Assembly (NCBI GenBank): GCA_963708135.1
Contig: OY970192.1
Coordinates: 832,001 to 896,000 of the forward strand
Direction of reading: 5' to 3'
DNA: 64,000 nt
From: an uncultured Gemmatimonadales bacterium
GTDB lineage: Bacteria; Gemmatimonadota; Gemmatimonadetes; Longimicrobiales; RSA9
Shown one piece after another: positions 18,536 to 28,477 of this stretch. Within the stretch, counting starts at the first letter, position 1; each line of letters begins with the position of its first letter. Position numbers and translations under genes: made by a program. The notes beneath the pieces are model-generated. The model ran no database searches and was not told the DNA's origin. It saw nothing but the letters and a program-made list of their open reading frames with translations.

Positions 18536-20580
18536 CCGGTTCCGCCATGGCGCTGCCCCCTCCGATCGTGATCCCGCCGGAGCGGCTGCACGACCTGGCC
18601 GATGCCGCATCGCTCGAGTGGCTCGAGACGGACGGGCGCGGCGGCTATGCGGCGTCCACCGCCGCGGGGGTGAACACGCGCCGGTATCACGGCCTGCTCG
18701 TCGTCGCCAGACAACCGCCTGCGGATCGGGTCGTGCTCCTGTCCCGGCTCGAGGAGACGGTGGTGGACGGGCGGGGCACGCGCTGGGAGCTCGGCGTGAA
18801 CTACTATCCCGGCGCCGTGCACCCGCAGGGACACCGGTGGCTGGCGGAGTTCCGGCTCGATCCGTGGCCGGTCTGGCGCTGGCGGCTGGGGGCGCTGACG
18901 CTCACGAAGGCAGTGCTCTTCTCGCGCGAGGCCGGCGCGCTCCTCGTGCTCTATCGGCTGCGCGGCGGGTCCGCCCGGCTCGAGCTGCGCCCCTTCATCG
19001 CCGGCCGCGGCTTTCACGCGCTGGTCCACGAGAACCCCGCCGTGTGGCCGCGGGCCGAGGCGGTGCCGGGGCGCGTCCACTACGCGCCGTACGAGGGGAT
19101 CCCGGCGCTCGTGCTCTCCCACGACGCCGCGGAATGGAGGCACGCGGGCGAGTGGTACCGCCAGACGCTCTACCCGCGCGAGACGGAGCGCGGCATGGAC
19201 GACCGCGAGGACCTCTACCTGCCCGGATTCCTCGCCGCGGAGTTGGCGGATGGGGGCGTGTGGCGGGTCGCCTGTGCGACGGAGCCGGTCGAGACCCAGA
19301 GCGTCCCCGCGCTCGCCGCGGCGGAGCGGGACCGGCGCGAGAGGCTGGCGCGGCGGGGCAGGGAGGCGGCCCACGCCGCCGCCGACACCGACCTGGGCGC
19401 CCGGCTGGCCGTGGCCGCGGACGATTTCGTGGTGCGCCGGGGCGCGGGGCTGTCGATCCTGGCCGGCTATCCGTGGTTCGCCGACTGGGGACGCGACGCC
19501 ATGATCGCGCTGCCCGGGCTGCTCCTCGCCACGGGGCGCACCGCCGACGCCGCGAGCGTGCTGCACACCTTCGCCGCGCACCTGCGCGACGGGCTGATCC
19601 CGAACCGCTTCCCGGAGGGTGGCGGCCCGATCCCGGACGACCACTACAACGCCGCCGACGCGCCGCTCTGGTTCGTCGAGGCCGTGGCGGCGCTGGCCGA
19701 CGCGGGCGGCGACGCCGGGCCGCTCTGGCCCGCCGTCCGTGCCATCCTCGACGCGTATCGCGCGGGCACCCGCTTCGGCATCGGCATGGACACGGACGGG
19801 CTGGTGCGGCAGGGCGCGCCGGGCGTGCAGCTCACCTGGATGGACGCGCGCGTGGACGGCTGGGTGGTCACGCCTCGCGCGGGCAGGCCGGTCGAGGTCA
19901 ACGGCCTGTGGCACAACGCGCTGCGCCGCGCCGGGGCGCTGGCGGCGGGGCTGGGCGAGGAGGGCGCCGACTACCTCCGGCTGGCGGAGCGCGTCCGCGC
20001 CGCGTTCGAGGTCTTCTGGTATCCGGGCGGCGGTTACCTGTACGACGGCCTCGACGAGGCCGGCCGCCCCGACCCCGCGCTGCGGCCGAACCAGCTCATC
20101 GCGCTCGCCCTGCCGGCTTCTCCCGTAGGCGACGTCGCCCGGGCCCGCTCCGTCGTCGACGCCTGCGCCCGCGCGCTCCTCGTCCCGCTCGGTGTGCGCA
20201 CGCTGGACCCCGCCGCGCCCGGCTATCTCGGCCGCTACGCCGGCGACCGCCGGGCGCGCGACGCCGCCTACCACAACGGCACCGCCTGGCCGTGGCTGCT
20301 CGGCCCGCTGCTCGAGGCCGCGCGCCGCGCCTACGGCGGCACGGGCCCGTGGCCCGGCCTCGTCGCCGACGCCCTGGCCCGTGCGCGGGACCACCTCGGC
20401 GCGTACGGCCTCGGCCACATCGCCGAGGTGCTCGACGGCGACGCCCCCCACGCGCCCGGCGGCTGCTTCGCCCAGGCGTGGAGCTGCGCCGCGCTGCTGC
20501 GGGCGTGCACGCTGCGCTCGCCCGCCGGGCACGATCCGGATCGCCCGCGCCCGGTGGATTTATCCGCGCCGCCGGGATAG
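18532..20580 (+). CDS. Amylo-alpha-1,6-glucosidase (glycogen debranching family)
   Basis: EWLETDGRGGYA, TRRYHGLL, AGYPWFADWGRD, LTWMDA, YHNGTAWPWL, AQAWS. Confidence 0.9.
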   Translation: MTGSAMALPPPIVIPPERLHDLADAASLEWLETDGRGGYAASTAAGVNTRRYHGLLVVARQPPADRVVLLSRLEETVVDGRGTRWELGVNYYPGAVHPQGHRWLAEFRLDPWPVWRWRLGALTLTKAVLFSREAGALLVLYRLRGGSARLELRPFIAGRGFHALVHENPAVWPRAEAVPGRVHYAPYEGIPALVLSHDAAEWRHAGEWYRQTLYPRETERGMDDREDLYLPGFLAAELADGGVWRVACATEPVETQSVPALAAAERDRRERLARRGREAAHAAADTDLGARLAVAADDFVVRRGAGLSILAGYPWFADWGRDAMIALPGLLLATGRTADAASVLHTFAAHLRDGLIPNRFPEGGGPIPDDHYNAADAPLWFVEAVAALADAGGDAGPLWPAVRAILDAYRAGTRFGIGMDTDGLVRQGAPGVQLTWMDARVDGWVVTPRAGRPVEVNGLWHNALRRAGALAAGLGEEGADYLRLAERVRAAFEVFWYPGGGYLYDGLDEAGRPDPALRPNQLIALALPASPVGDVARARSVVDACARALLVPLGVRTLDPAAPGYLGRYAGDRRARDAAYHNGTAWPWLLGPLLEAARRAYGGTGPWPGLVADALARARDHLGAYGLGHIAEVLDGDAPHAPGGCFAQAWSCAALLRACTLRSPAGHDPDRPRPVDLSAPPG

Positions 20581-20590
20581 ATTCGACCGC

Positions 20591-21085
20591 GTGCAGATCC
20601 TCATCATCGTCCTGATCGCCGCCGCCGGCGTCGCCGCGGTCCTCGTCCCCGTGCTGCGCGGAGGCGCGCACTACGACGTCTCCGGCGACCTCGACCGCCC
20701 GGAGGCGCCGGACGCCGAGGCGGCGGAGCCCCGGCCGGCCACGCCCGAAGCTCCCGCCGCCGAGCACCCCGCCGCCGCGGAGGCGGCCCCGGCCAGCCCC
20801 GCCGCGGCTCCGTCCCGGAATCCGGCCGCCGCCGAGCCCGCCCCGAGCACCACGCCGCCCGGGGCCGAAGCTGGGGCTCGGACGGGCGCAGCCGGCCCGA
20901 TCGAGGATGAGCCCGCCGCGAGCGACCTCGACTTCGGGCTGCCCGCCGGCCTCGACGGCCTCATTGCCCGCTACCGCGCGGCCGTGCGCGCCGACACCGT
21001 CTGCCCCCGCTGCCGCCAGGCGAATCCTCCGGGGAGTCGGTACTGCTTCGAGTGCGGGCAGGGGCTCGGGCCGGGCGGGGAGTAG
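20591..21085 (+). CDS. Membrane-anchored zinc-ribbon protein
   Basis: N-terminal TM, Pro/Ala linker, CPRC...CFECG. Confidence 0.7.
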   Translation: MQILIIVLIAAAGVAAVLVPVLRGGAHYDVSGDLDRPEAPDAEAAEPRPATPEAPAAEHPAAAEAAPASPAAAPSRNPAAAEPAPSTTPPGAEAGARTGAAGPIEDEPAASDLDFGLPAGLDGLIARYRAAVRADTVCPRCRQANPPGSRYCFECGQGLGPGGE

Positions 21086-21301
21086 GGGCGGACGGACGGC
21101 GGGCACGGGTCAGGGGGACGGGAACGCGGACGGGCAGATACGGCGAGGCAGAAGGGGAAGGCAGGGGCAGGTTCAGGGGCAGGTTCAGGGGCAGGGGAAC
21201 GGCGACGGGGAGGGGCGCTTGGCGCCCCTCCCCGTCGTTTTCCTGGCGGTGCCGATCGCCCGTCGGCTGACATGTCGCCGCCGCGGTGCGGGGTCGAGCG
21301 G

Positions 21302-21919
21302 CTACGCTGCCGCCTCGAAGGACTTCGCGACCTCGTCCCAGTTGACCACGTTCCACCACGCCTGGATGTAGTCCGGGCGCTTGTTCTGGTACTTGAGGTA
21401 GTAGGCGTGCTCCCAGACGTCGAGGCCGAGGATCGGGGAGCGGCCGTCCAGGTGGGGGCTGTCCTGGTTGGCGGTCGAGGTGATCTCGAGCTTGCCGCCG
21501 CCGGCCGGCAGCAGCCAAGCCCAGCCGGAGCCGAAGCGGCCCGCGGCCGCGCTGGCGAACTGCTCCTTGAAGGCGTCGAACGAGCCGAAGGACGAGCCGA
21601 TCGCGTCGGCCAGCGCGCCGCTCGGGCTGTTCGCGCCGCCGGGCTTCATCCAGACCCAGAACGACGAGTGGTTGACGTAGCCGCCGCCGTTGTTGCGCAC
21701 GGCGGTCCGGATGTCCTCCGGGACCTCGTTGATCCCCCGCAGCAGCGCCTCGGCGGAGCGGTCCTGCAGCTCGGGGTGCTTCTCGAGGGCGGCGTTCAGC
21801 TTCTTGGTGTAGCCGCCGTGGTGCTTGTCGTGGTGGATCTCCATCGTGCGGGCATCGATGTAGGGCTCGAGTGCGTTGTACCCGTAGCCCAGCTCGGGGA
21901 GCTTGAATGGGTATCCCAT
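21302..21919 (-). CDS. sodA: Superoxide dismutase, Mn/Fe family (Mn-like)
   Basis: [42 protein letters not shown]. Confidence 0.93.
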   Translation of the reverse strand: MGYPFKLPELGYGYNALEPYIDARTMEIHHDKHHGGYTKKLNAALEKHPELQDRSAEALLRGINEVPEDIRTAVRNNGGGYVNHSSFWVWMKPGGANSPSGALADAIGSSFGSFDAFKEQFASAAAGRFGSGWAWLLPAGGGKLEITSTANQDSPHLDGRSPILGLDVWEHAYYLKYQNKRPDYIQAWWNVVNWDEVAKSFEAAA

Positions 21920-22074
21920 CGCCGATCCTCCTTTCAGGCCCCGGCCCTCCGGGGCTGTCCTCGTGATGACTCCTCTCCCGTTCCCGGCTGAAGCTGCGTC
22001 ACTCGCGGCCAGAGGGGGAGAGTGGCAGAATCGAAGGGCGGCCGCAACCCTCCCCGTCCCTCCCCGCGCCCCGG

Positions 22075-22540
22075 CCCCCAGAGTGGGGGACACTCCACTC
22101 CGCCCCGCCAGCCGAGTGGGAGACACACCCCGTCCCGCCCCGGCCCCCAGAGTGGGGGACACCCCACCCCGCCCCGCCACCAGAGTGGGAGACCGGGCGA
22201 CGCGCGCGGCGGCCGAGCGATCGGGGGCCACGCCGGCCCCGCGGCCCCGCGGGCTTGTCCTGCGTCCTCCGCCGCGTGCACCCGCGCGGCCGAGCGTCGT
22301 CCAGCGCCCGCGCATGCCGCGCGCGTCGCCAGGCCCGCGCACGTTCAGCGCCCGGACCGTCGCCCGGTCTCCCACTCCGGGGTGGCACGGCAGGGAAGGG
22401 CGCCCCCACTCTGGGTGCGTGGGTCCAGCGCCCGCGCACGCCGCGCGCTTCGCCAGGCGCGCGCACGTTCAGCGCCCGGACCGTCGCCCGGTCTCCCACT
22501 CCGGGGTGGCCGGGCGGGAAGAGCGCTCCCACTCCGGGGC
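22075..22540. repeat. REP-like cluster: CCCAGAGTGGG motifs plus 88-bp direct repeat (22299-22386, 22423-22510)
   Basis: Repeated motif in both orientations in the sodA-ltaE spacer. Confidence 0.75.
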
Positions 22541-22602
22541 GGTGCGAGCCGGAAGGGAAACAGCCCTTGCCGGTCCCCCGCTCCCGCGCCATTCTCCAGA
22601 CC

Positions 22603-23625
22603 ATGATCGACCTCCGGAGCGACACCGTCACGCGTCCCACGCCGGCCATGCGCGAGGCCATCGCGCGCGCGGAGGTCGGCGACGACTCCCTCGACGGCGA
22701 TCCGACCATGCGCCGGCTCGAGGCGGCCGTGGCCGAGCTGCTGGGGAAGCCGGCGGCGGTCTTCTTCCCGAGCGGCGTCATGGCCAACGAGGCCGCGCTC
22801 ATGGTGCTGGCGCGGCCCGGCACCGAGGTGATCGTCGAGGCCATGGCGCACTACGTCGATTGGGAGGACGGCGCGCCCGCGCAGTGGGCGGGAGTGCAGC
22901 TGCGCGGCGTGCCCACCGCCGACGGGCTCCTCAGCGGCCCGCTGATCGAGGCGGCGATCCGGCCGGCCAGCCGCTACCAGGTCCAGACGTCCATGGTCTC
23001 GGTCGAGAACACCCACAACGCCGCGGGCGGGCGCATCCTGCCGCTGCACACGATGCGCGAGATCCGCAAGGTCGCGCACGGCCGTGGCGTGCCCGTCCAT
23101 CTCGACGGGGCCCGCCTGTGGAACGCCACCGCGGCGACGGGCGTCCCGGAGCGCGACTTCGCCGCGGAGGCGGACACGGTGATGGTCACGCTCTCGAAAG
23201 GCCTCGGCTGCCCCGTGGGCTCGCTCCTGGCCGGGACGGAGGAGGCCATGGGACGGGCGTGGCGCGTGCGACGTCGCCTGGGAGGCAACATGCGGCAGTC
23301 CGGTCTCCTGGCGGCGGCCGGCCTCTACGCGCTGGAGCACCACCGCGGCCGGCTGACGGAGGACCACGCCCGCGCCGCGCGGCTGGGCGAGCTGCTCTCC
23401 GACCTGGACGAGATCCGCGTCATCCGCCCCGAGACCAACATCATCATGCTCGAGATCCTGCGCGACGACCTGGACGCCGCCGCCGTCGTCGAGCGCCTCG
23501 AGGCCGAGGGCGTCCTCGTCACCGTGTTCACGCGCACGCGCGTCCGGGCCGTGACGCATCTCGACATCGACAATGCCGCCATCGAGGAGGCGGCCGCAGC
23601 GGTGCGGGCGGTGGTCAGCGCGTGA
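22603..23625 (+). CDS. ltaE: Low-specificity L-threonine aldolase
   Basis: MIDLRSDTVTRPT, VENTHN, HLDGARLWN, LSKGLG.PVGS. Confidence 0.9.
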   Translation: MIDLRSDTVTRPTPAMREAIARAEVGDDSLDGDPTMRRLEAAVAELLGKPAAVFFPSGVMANEAALMVLARPGTEVIVEAMAHYVDWEDGAPAQWAGVQLRGVPTADGLLSGPLIEAAIRPASRYQVQTSMVSVENTHNAAGGRILPLHTMREIRKVAHGRGVPVHLDGARLWNATAATGVPERDFAAEADTVMVTLSKGLGCPVGSLLAGTEEAMGRAWRVRRRLGGNMRQSGLLAAAGLYALEHHRGRLTEDHARAARLGELLSDLDEIRVIRPETNIIMLEILRDDLDAAAVVERLEAEGVLVTVFTRTRVRAVTHLDIDNAAIEEAAAAVRAVVSA

Positions 23626-24635
23626 GCCGCGGGCCGCGCGAGTGGGCGCGCGCCTTCACCGGCTTCTATCCGCCGACCGCCGAGGACATGGGCCGGCTGG
23701 ACCCCGTCGCGCGCTTCCTCTACTCGGCGCGCAGCGTGATCCTCGTCATCTCGTTCCAGGCCGCGCTGCTGGCCGGCCTGCTCGCGCTCGCCGCCCGCCG
23801 CTTCACGCTCGTGCCGTTCCTGCTCGTGCTCGTCGGCTTCGTGGTGCTGCACGCGATCAGCAACCTCTCCAACGACTACTTCGGCGCCCGCCGCGGCCAC
23901 GACACCGACGACTCGCCCCGCCGCCGCTATACCGTGCACCCCGTGCTGAGCGGGGCCGTGAGCACGCGACTGCTCGTCACCGGCCTCCTTGCGCTCGCCG
24001 CGATTGCCGTGGCGATCGGCGTCTACTTCATCGTGCTGAGGGGCCTCGCCGCCGCGCTGCTCGTGGCCGCCGGCACGCTGCTGCTCCTGGCCTACGACGC
24101 CTCGCCGCGCGCGCTCAAGGAGCTCGGCCTCGGCGAGATCGCCGCCTTCATCGTCTGGGGCCCGCTCATGGTGGCCGGCGGCTTCTGGATGATCGCGGGC
24201 CGGCCGTCGGCGGCGGCGCTCGTCGCCTCGATCCCGTACGGCCTCGGCGTCATGTCGATCCTGGTCGGCAAGCACATCGACCAGCGCCTATTCGACGCCC
24301 GCCACCACCAGCGCACCCTGCCCGTCGTCCTCGGCGAGGCGTCGGCACGACGCCTGAACCGCGCCTCGGTCGTGGCCATGTACGTCGTTGTCGCGGCCGG
24401 CATCGTGGCCGGCGCCCTGACGCCGTTCGCGCTGCTCGTCGCGCTCGCCCTGCCCCGCGCCGTGCGGGCCGTGCGCGTCATGTCCGAGGCCGCGCCCGCC
24501 GGTCCGCCGCCCGGCTACATCGGCTGGCCCCTCTGGTACCACCGCGTCTGCCTCGTCCACAATCGCGCCTTGGGCTGGCTCTACGTCCTCGGCCTGGCGC
24601 TGGGCGCGCTGTTCCCCGCCATCCGGCTGCGCTAG
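23622..24635 (+). CDS. UbiA/MenA-like prenyltransferase
   Basis: Multi-TM, NL.NDY, GLGEI, RTLPV.LG. Confidence 0.75.
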   Translation: MSRGPREWARAFTGFYPPTAEDMGRLDPVARFLYSARSVILVISFQAALLAGLLALAARRFTLVPFLLVLVGFVVLHAISNLSNDYFGARRGHDTDDSPRRRYTVHPVLSGAVSTRLLVTGLLALAAIAVAIGVYFIVLRGLAAALLVAAGTLLLLAYDASPRALKELGLGEIAAFIVWGPLMVAGGFWMIAGRPSAAALVASIPYGLGVMSILVGKHIDQRLFDARHHQRTLPVVLGEASARRLNRASVVAMYVVVAAGIVAGALTPFALLVALALPRAVRAVRVMSEAAPAGPPPGYIGWPLWYHRVCLVHNRALGWLYVLGLALGALFPAIRLR

Positions 24636-24973
24636 GCGACGCCGGGGCCGCCCACCCCCGGCGGGCCACGCTTGCCGTCCTCCGGCCAGCCTCGCTCCTG
24701 CCCCGGAGTGGGCGACGCCCCCCGCCCCCTGCCCCAGAGTGGGAGACCGGGCGCCGTGCGCGGCGGCCGCGGAGAATGTGGGCCTGGCCGGCTGCCCGAC
24801 GGTCCGGATCCGACCCGAGGCGGGGCGGCTCGCCGCGACCCGTCCAGGCCCGGGGCGCAAGGCCCGCCCGGTCCGTCGCCCACTCTCCCACTCTGGGGTG
24901 GTGGATCGGGGAGGTGTCTCCCACTCGGGAATGGGTGGGTGGAGCGGTGTGGAGGCGTCGCGGCCAGGTGGGT

Positions 24974-26275
24974 CTACAGAAGTCGCACGAAGATGATGAA
25001 GAACAGCTCCTTGAGCTTCTGCCATGCGCCGCGCCGGCGGAAGGCATCCAGGTCCACCTCTTCCGCGTAGTCGAGGTCGGCCAGGAACGCCGTGCGCAGG
25101 CGCTCCGCGACGGCACCGTCGCGGACCATCAGGGCGACCTCGTCGTTCAGCGCCATGGACCGGTTGTCGAAGTTGACGGAGCCGACCTCGGACCAGATGT
25201 CGTCGGCGACGAGCGTCTTGGCGTGCACCATGGTCGGCGAGTACTCCCAGATGCGCACGCCCGCGGCGAGGATCTGCTCGTAGTGCACCCGGGACGCGTA
25301 CCAGGTCGAGAGCCGGTCGGAGTTCGCGCCCGGAGTGAGGACGCGCACGTCCACCCCGCGGGCCACGGCGTCGCACAGGAAGCCGCGGAAATCGTCGTCC
25401 GGGATGAAGTACGCGTTCGTGATGTAGAGGTAGCGGCGCGCGCCCACGATGGAGAGGGCGAAGAAGCGCTCGGCGTCGGTGCTGCCCAGGGTCGGCGCGG
25501 AGTACATGAGCCCGGCGACGGCGCCATCGGGCGCGTGCGTCGCCTGCGGGAAGATCCGCTGGCCGATGAGGAGCTCGCCCGTGGCCTCGGCCCAGTCGGC
25601 GGCGAAGGCCGACTGGAGCTGCTCGACGGCGGCGCCCTCCAGGCGGACGGAGGTGTCGCGCCAGCCGGGGCCACGGCCGTCGCCCTGCCAGTGGTCGTCG
25701 ATGGCGAAGCCGCCCGTGTAGCCGATGCGGCCGTCGATCACGACCGAGCGGATGTGCGAGCGCTGCTGCGCCTTGTGCAGCGTGTTCCAGCGCACGGGCC
25801 GGAACTCCGCCACCTCGACGCCCGCCTGCCGCAGCGCGTCGAAGTAGTCGGAGGGGATCCCCCAGGCGCCGAACATGTCGTACATGAAGAGGACCCGCAC
25901 CCCTGCGCGTGCCCGCTCCGCGAGCGCGTCGCGCAGCCGCTCCGCCAACGCTCCGGGCTTGAACCAGAACACCGTCCAGGTGACGAGCTCCCGCGCCGCC
26001 GCCAGGTCCTCGAACAGACGGGGATAGACCTCCTCCCCGTTCAGCAGCACCTCGACGCGATTCCCCTCGACCAGCCGCGTGTTCACGTGGATCTGCAGCG
26101 TGCGCTCGAAGTCCTCGTCCTCCAGCGCCGGCGGGTCCCCCGGCCCGTCCAGGTCCCGCACCGTGGAGACCGGCGTCCCGCGCGTGAGGTGGAGCAGCCC
26201 CACGAACGCCGCCAGCCCGAGCAGCACCACCAGCACCGCCAGCACGACGATCACGACAATGTAGACGGCGCTCAT
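24974..26275 (-). CDS. Cardiolipin synthase-like phospholipase D
   Basis: HIRSVVIDG (HxR variant) and HAKTLVAD motifs, GS.NFDNRS. Confidence 0.85.
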   Translation of the reverse strand: MSAVYIVVIVVLAVLVVLLGLAAFVGLLHLTRGTPVSTVRDLDGPGDPPALEDEDFERTLQIHVNTRLVEGNRVEVLLNGEEVYPRLFEDLAAARELVTWTVFWFKPGALAERLRDALAERARAGVRVLFMYDMFGAWGIPSDYFDALRQAGVEVAEFRPVRWNTLHKAQQRSHIRSVVIDGRIGYTGGFAIDDHWQGDGRGPGWRDTSVRLEGAAVEQLQSAFAADWAEATGELLIGQRIFPQATHAPDGAVAGLMYSAPTLGSTDAERFFALSIVGARRYLYITNAYFIPDDDFRGFLCDAVARGVDVRVLTPGANSDRLSTWYASRVHYEQILAAGVRIWEYSPTMVHAKTLVADDIWSEVGSVNFDNRSMALNDEVALMVRDGAVAERLRTAFLADLDYAEEVDLDAFRRRGAWQKLKELFFIIFVRLL

Positions 26276-26883
26276 CCCCTCCCCCTCCCGGCGGTCGCTG
26301 CGCGAGGGGCGGTGGGAGGTGCAAGAGGGATGCCCTTTACCCTTCATCTCCCTACCCCGGAGTGGGGGAGTGGGGGAGTGGGGGACGGGGAGGCTCCATC
26401 GCGCGCGAGAGCTCCGTGCCCGAGAGCGGTGACCGGCGCGCGCCGGCCCGCAACCTCGCGGCCGCGCACGCGCGACGGCGCCGCTCGCGCTTCGCCGCGC
26501 CGCGTTCACCGGCGCGTCGGCCACAGTCGTGAGGGTGAGGCAGGCGCCAGCCGGCCCGTCGGCGTGGCGCGGGAAGGGGGGCAGGCCCCGCCGGCGAGTC
26601 GGCGTGGCCCGGCGACGCGCGTCCCCGCGAGCGGCGCCCGGTCTCCCACTCTCCCACTCTCCCACTCTTCCACTCTTCCCTCCGGCGGGCCGAACGGCGG
26701 CCGCCCTCCCGCCCCGGCGCGGCGCAATACGGCCGATCCAACCATGCCCCCGTCCCCTCCCGCCCTTCTCGCCCGCGGCCGACCGCGCGATCTTTCCCGG
26801 CGTCCCCAGGAACGGTATCTTGAACGGAGGGTACCGCGTTGCTCAGACCCGCCCGCATTCCCGAAACTGCCACAGGCGAGACG

Positions 26884-27933
<1,050 letters not shown>

Positions 27934-28089
27934 GGGCGGACGAAGAAGAGAAACAGATTGGCACGGAGAGCTCGGAGCGGACCGAAGTATTCTGAGGCCG
28001 GTCGCCTGCGGGCGCCGCTACTCCGCTAGCTTCGTCGCTTCCGAGCTCTCCCTGTCAATTTCTTCTTTTCTTCTTCCATCTCCCCTGTC

Positions 28090-28215
28090 CTACGGCACCC
28101 CCACTCCTCCCGTCACCGGCAGCACCTCCCCCGTGATGTAGCTCGAGTCCACGTTCGACGCGAAGAAGACGAACGCCGGCGCGATCTCCTCGGGTTGCGC
28201 CGGCCGCTTCATCTG
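28090..28215 (-). pseudogene. C-terminal remnant of an SDR oxidoreductase
   Basis: MKRPAQPEEIAPAFVFFAS..SSYITGEVLPVTGG with no N-terminal part. Confidence 0.65.
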
Positions 28216-28477
28216 CGCCTCTCCTTCTTCTCCGGCATGCGTCAATCTCCGGTCCGAGTCGTTGCCATGCCCCCGGATCGGGCGTGCAACGGAGGTGCCG
28301 CGGGCCGGAGGCACCTCCGGTTGGATCGGCATTCGTTCGGGCCCGCCAAGGCCCGGCCCCGCGAAGAAAGTGTCCCCGCCCCTGACGCCGCTGCCTGCCC
28401 GTGCCCGTGCCCCGCCGTTCCGCTATATTATTCGGTTTGCCAGACCGGCCCGACGAAACCGCGGAAGACCACGACGC

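Noticed and set aside
21100..21235. Short ORFs in GGGGCAGGTTCA repeats
   Set aside because: Low-complexity purine-rich spacer with a hairpin between convergent genes; no coding evidence.
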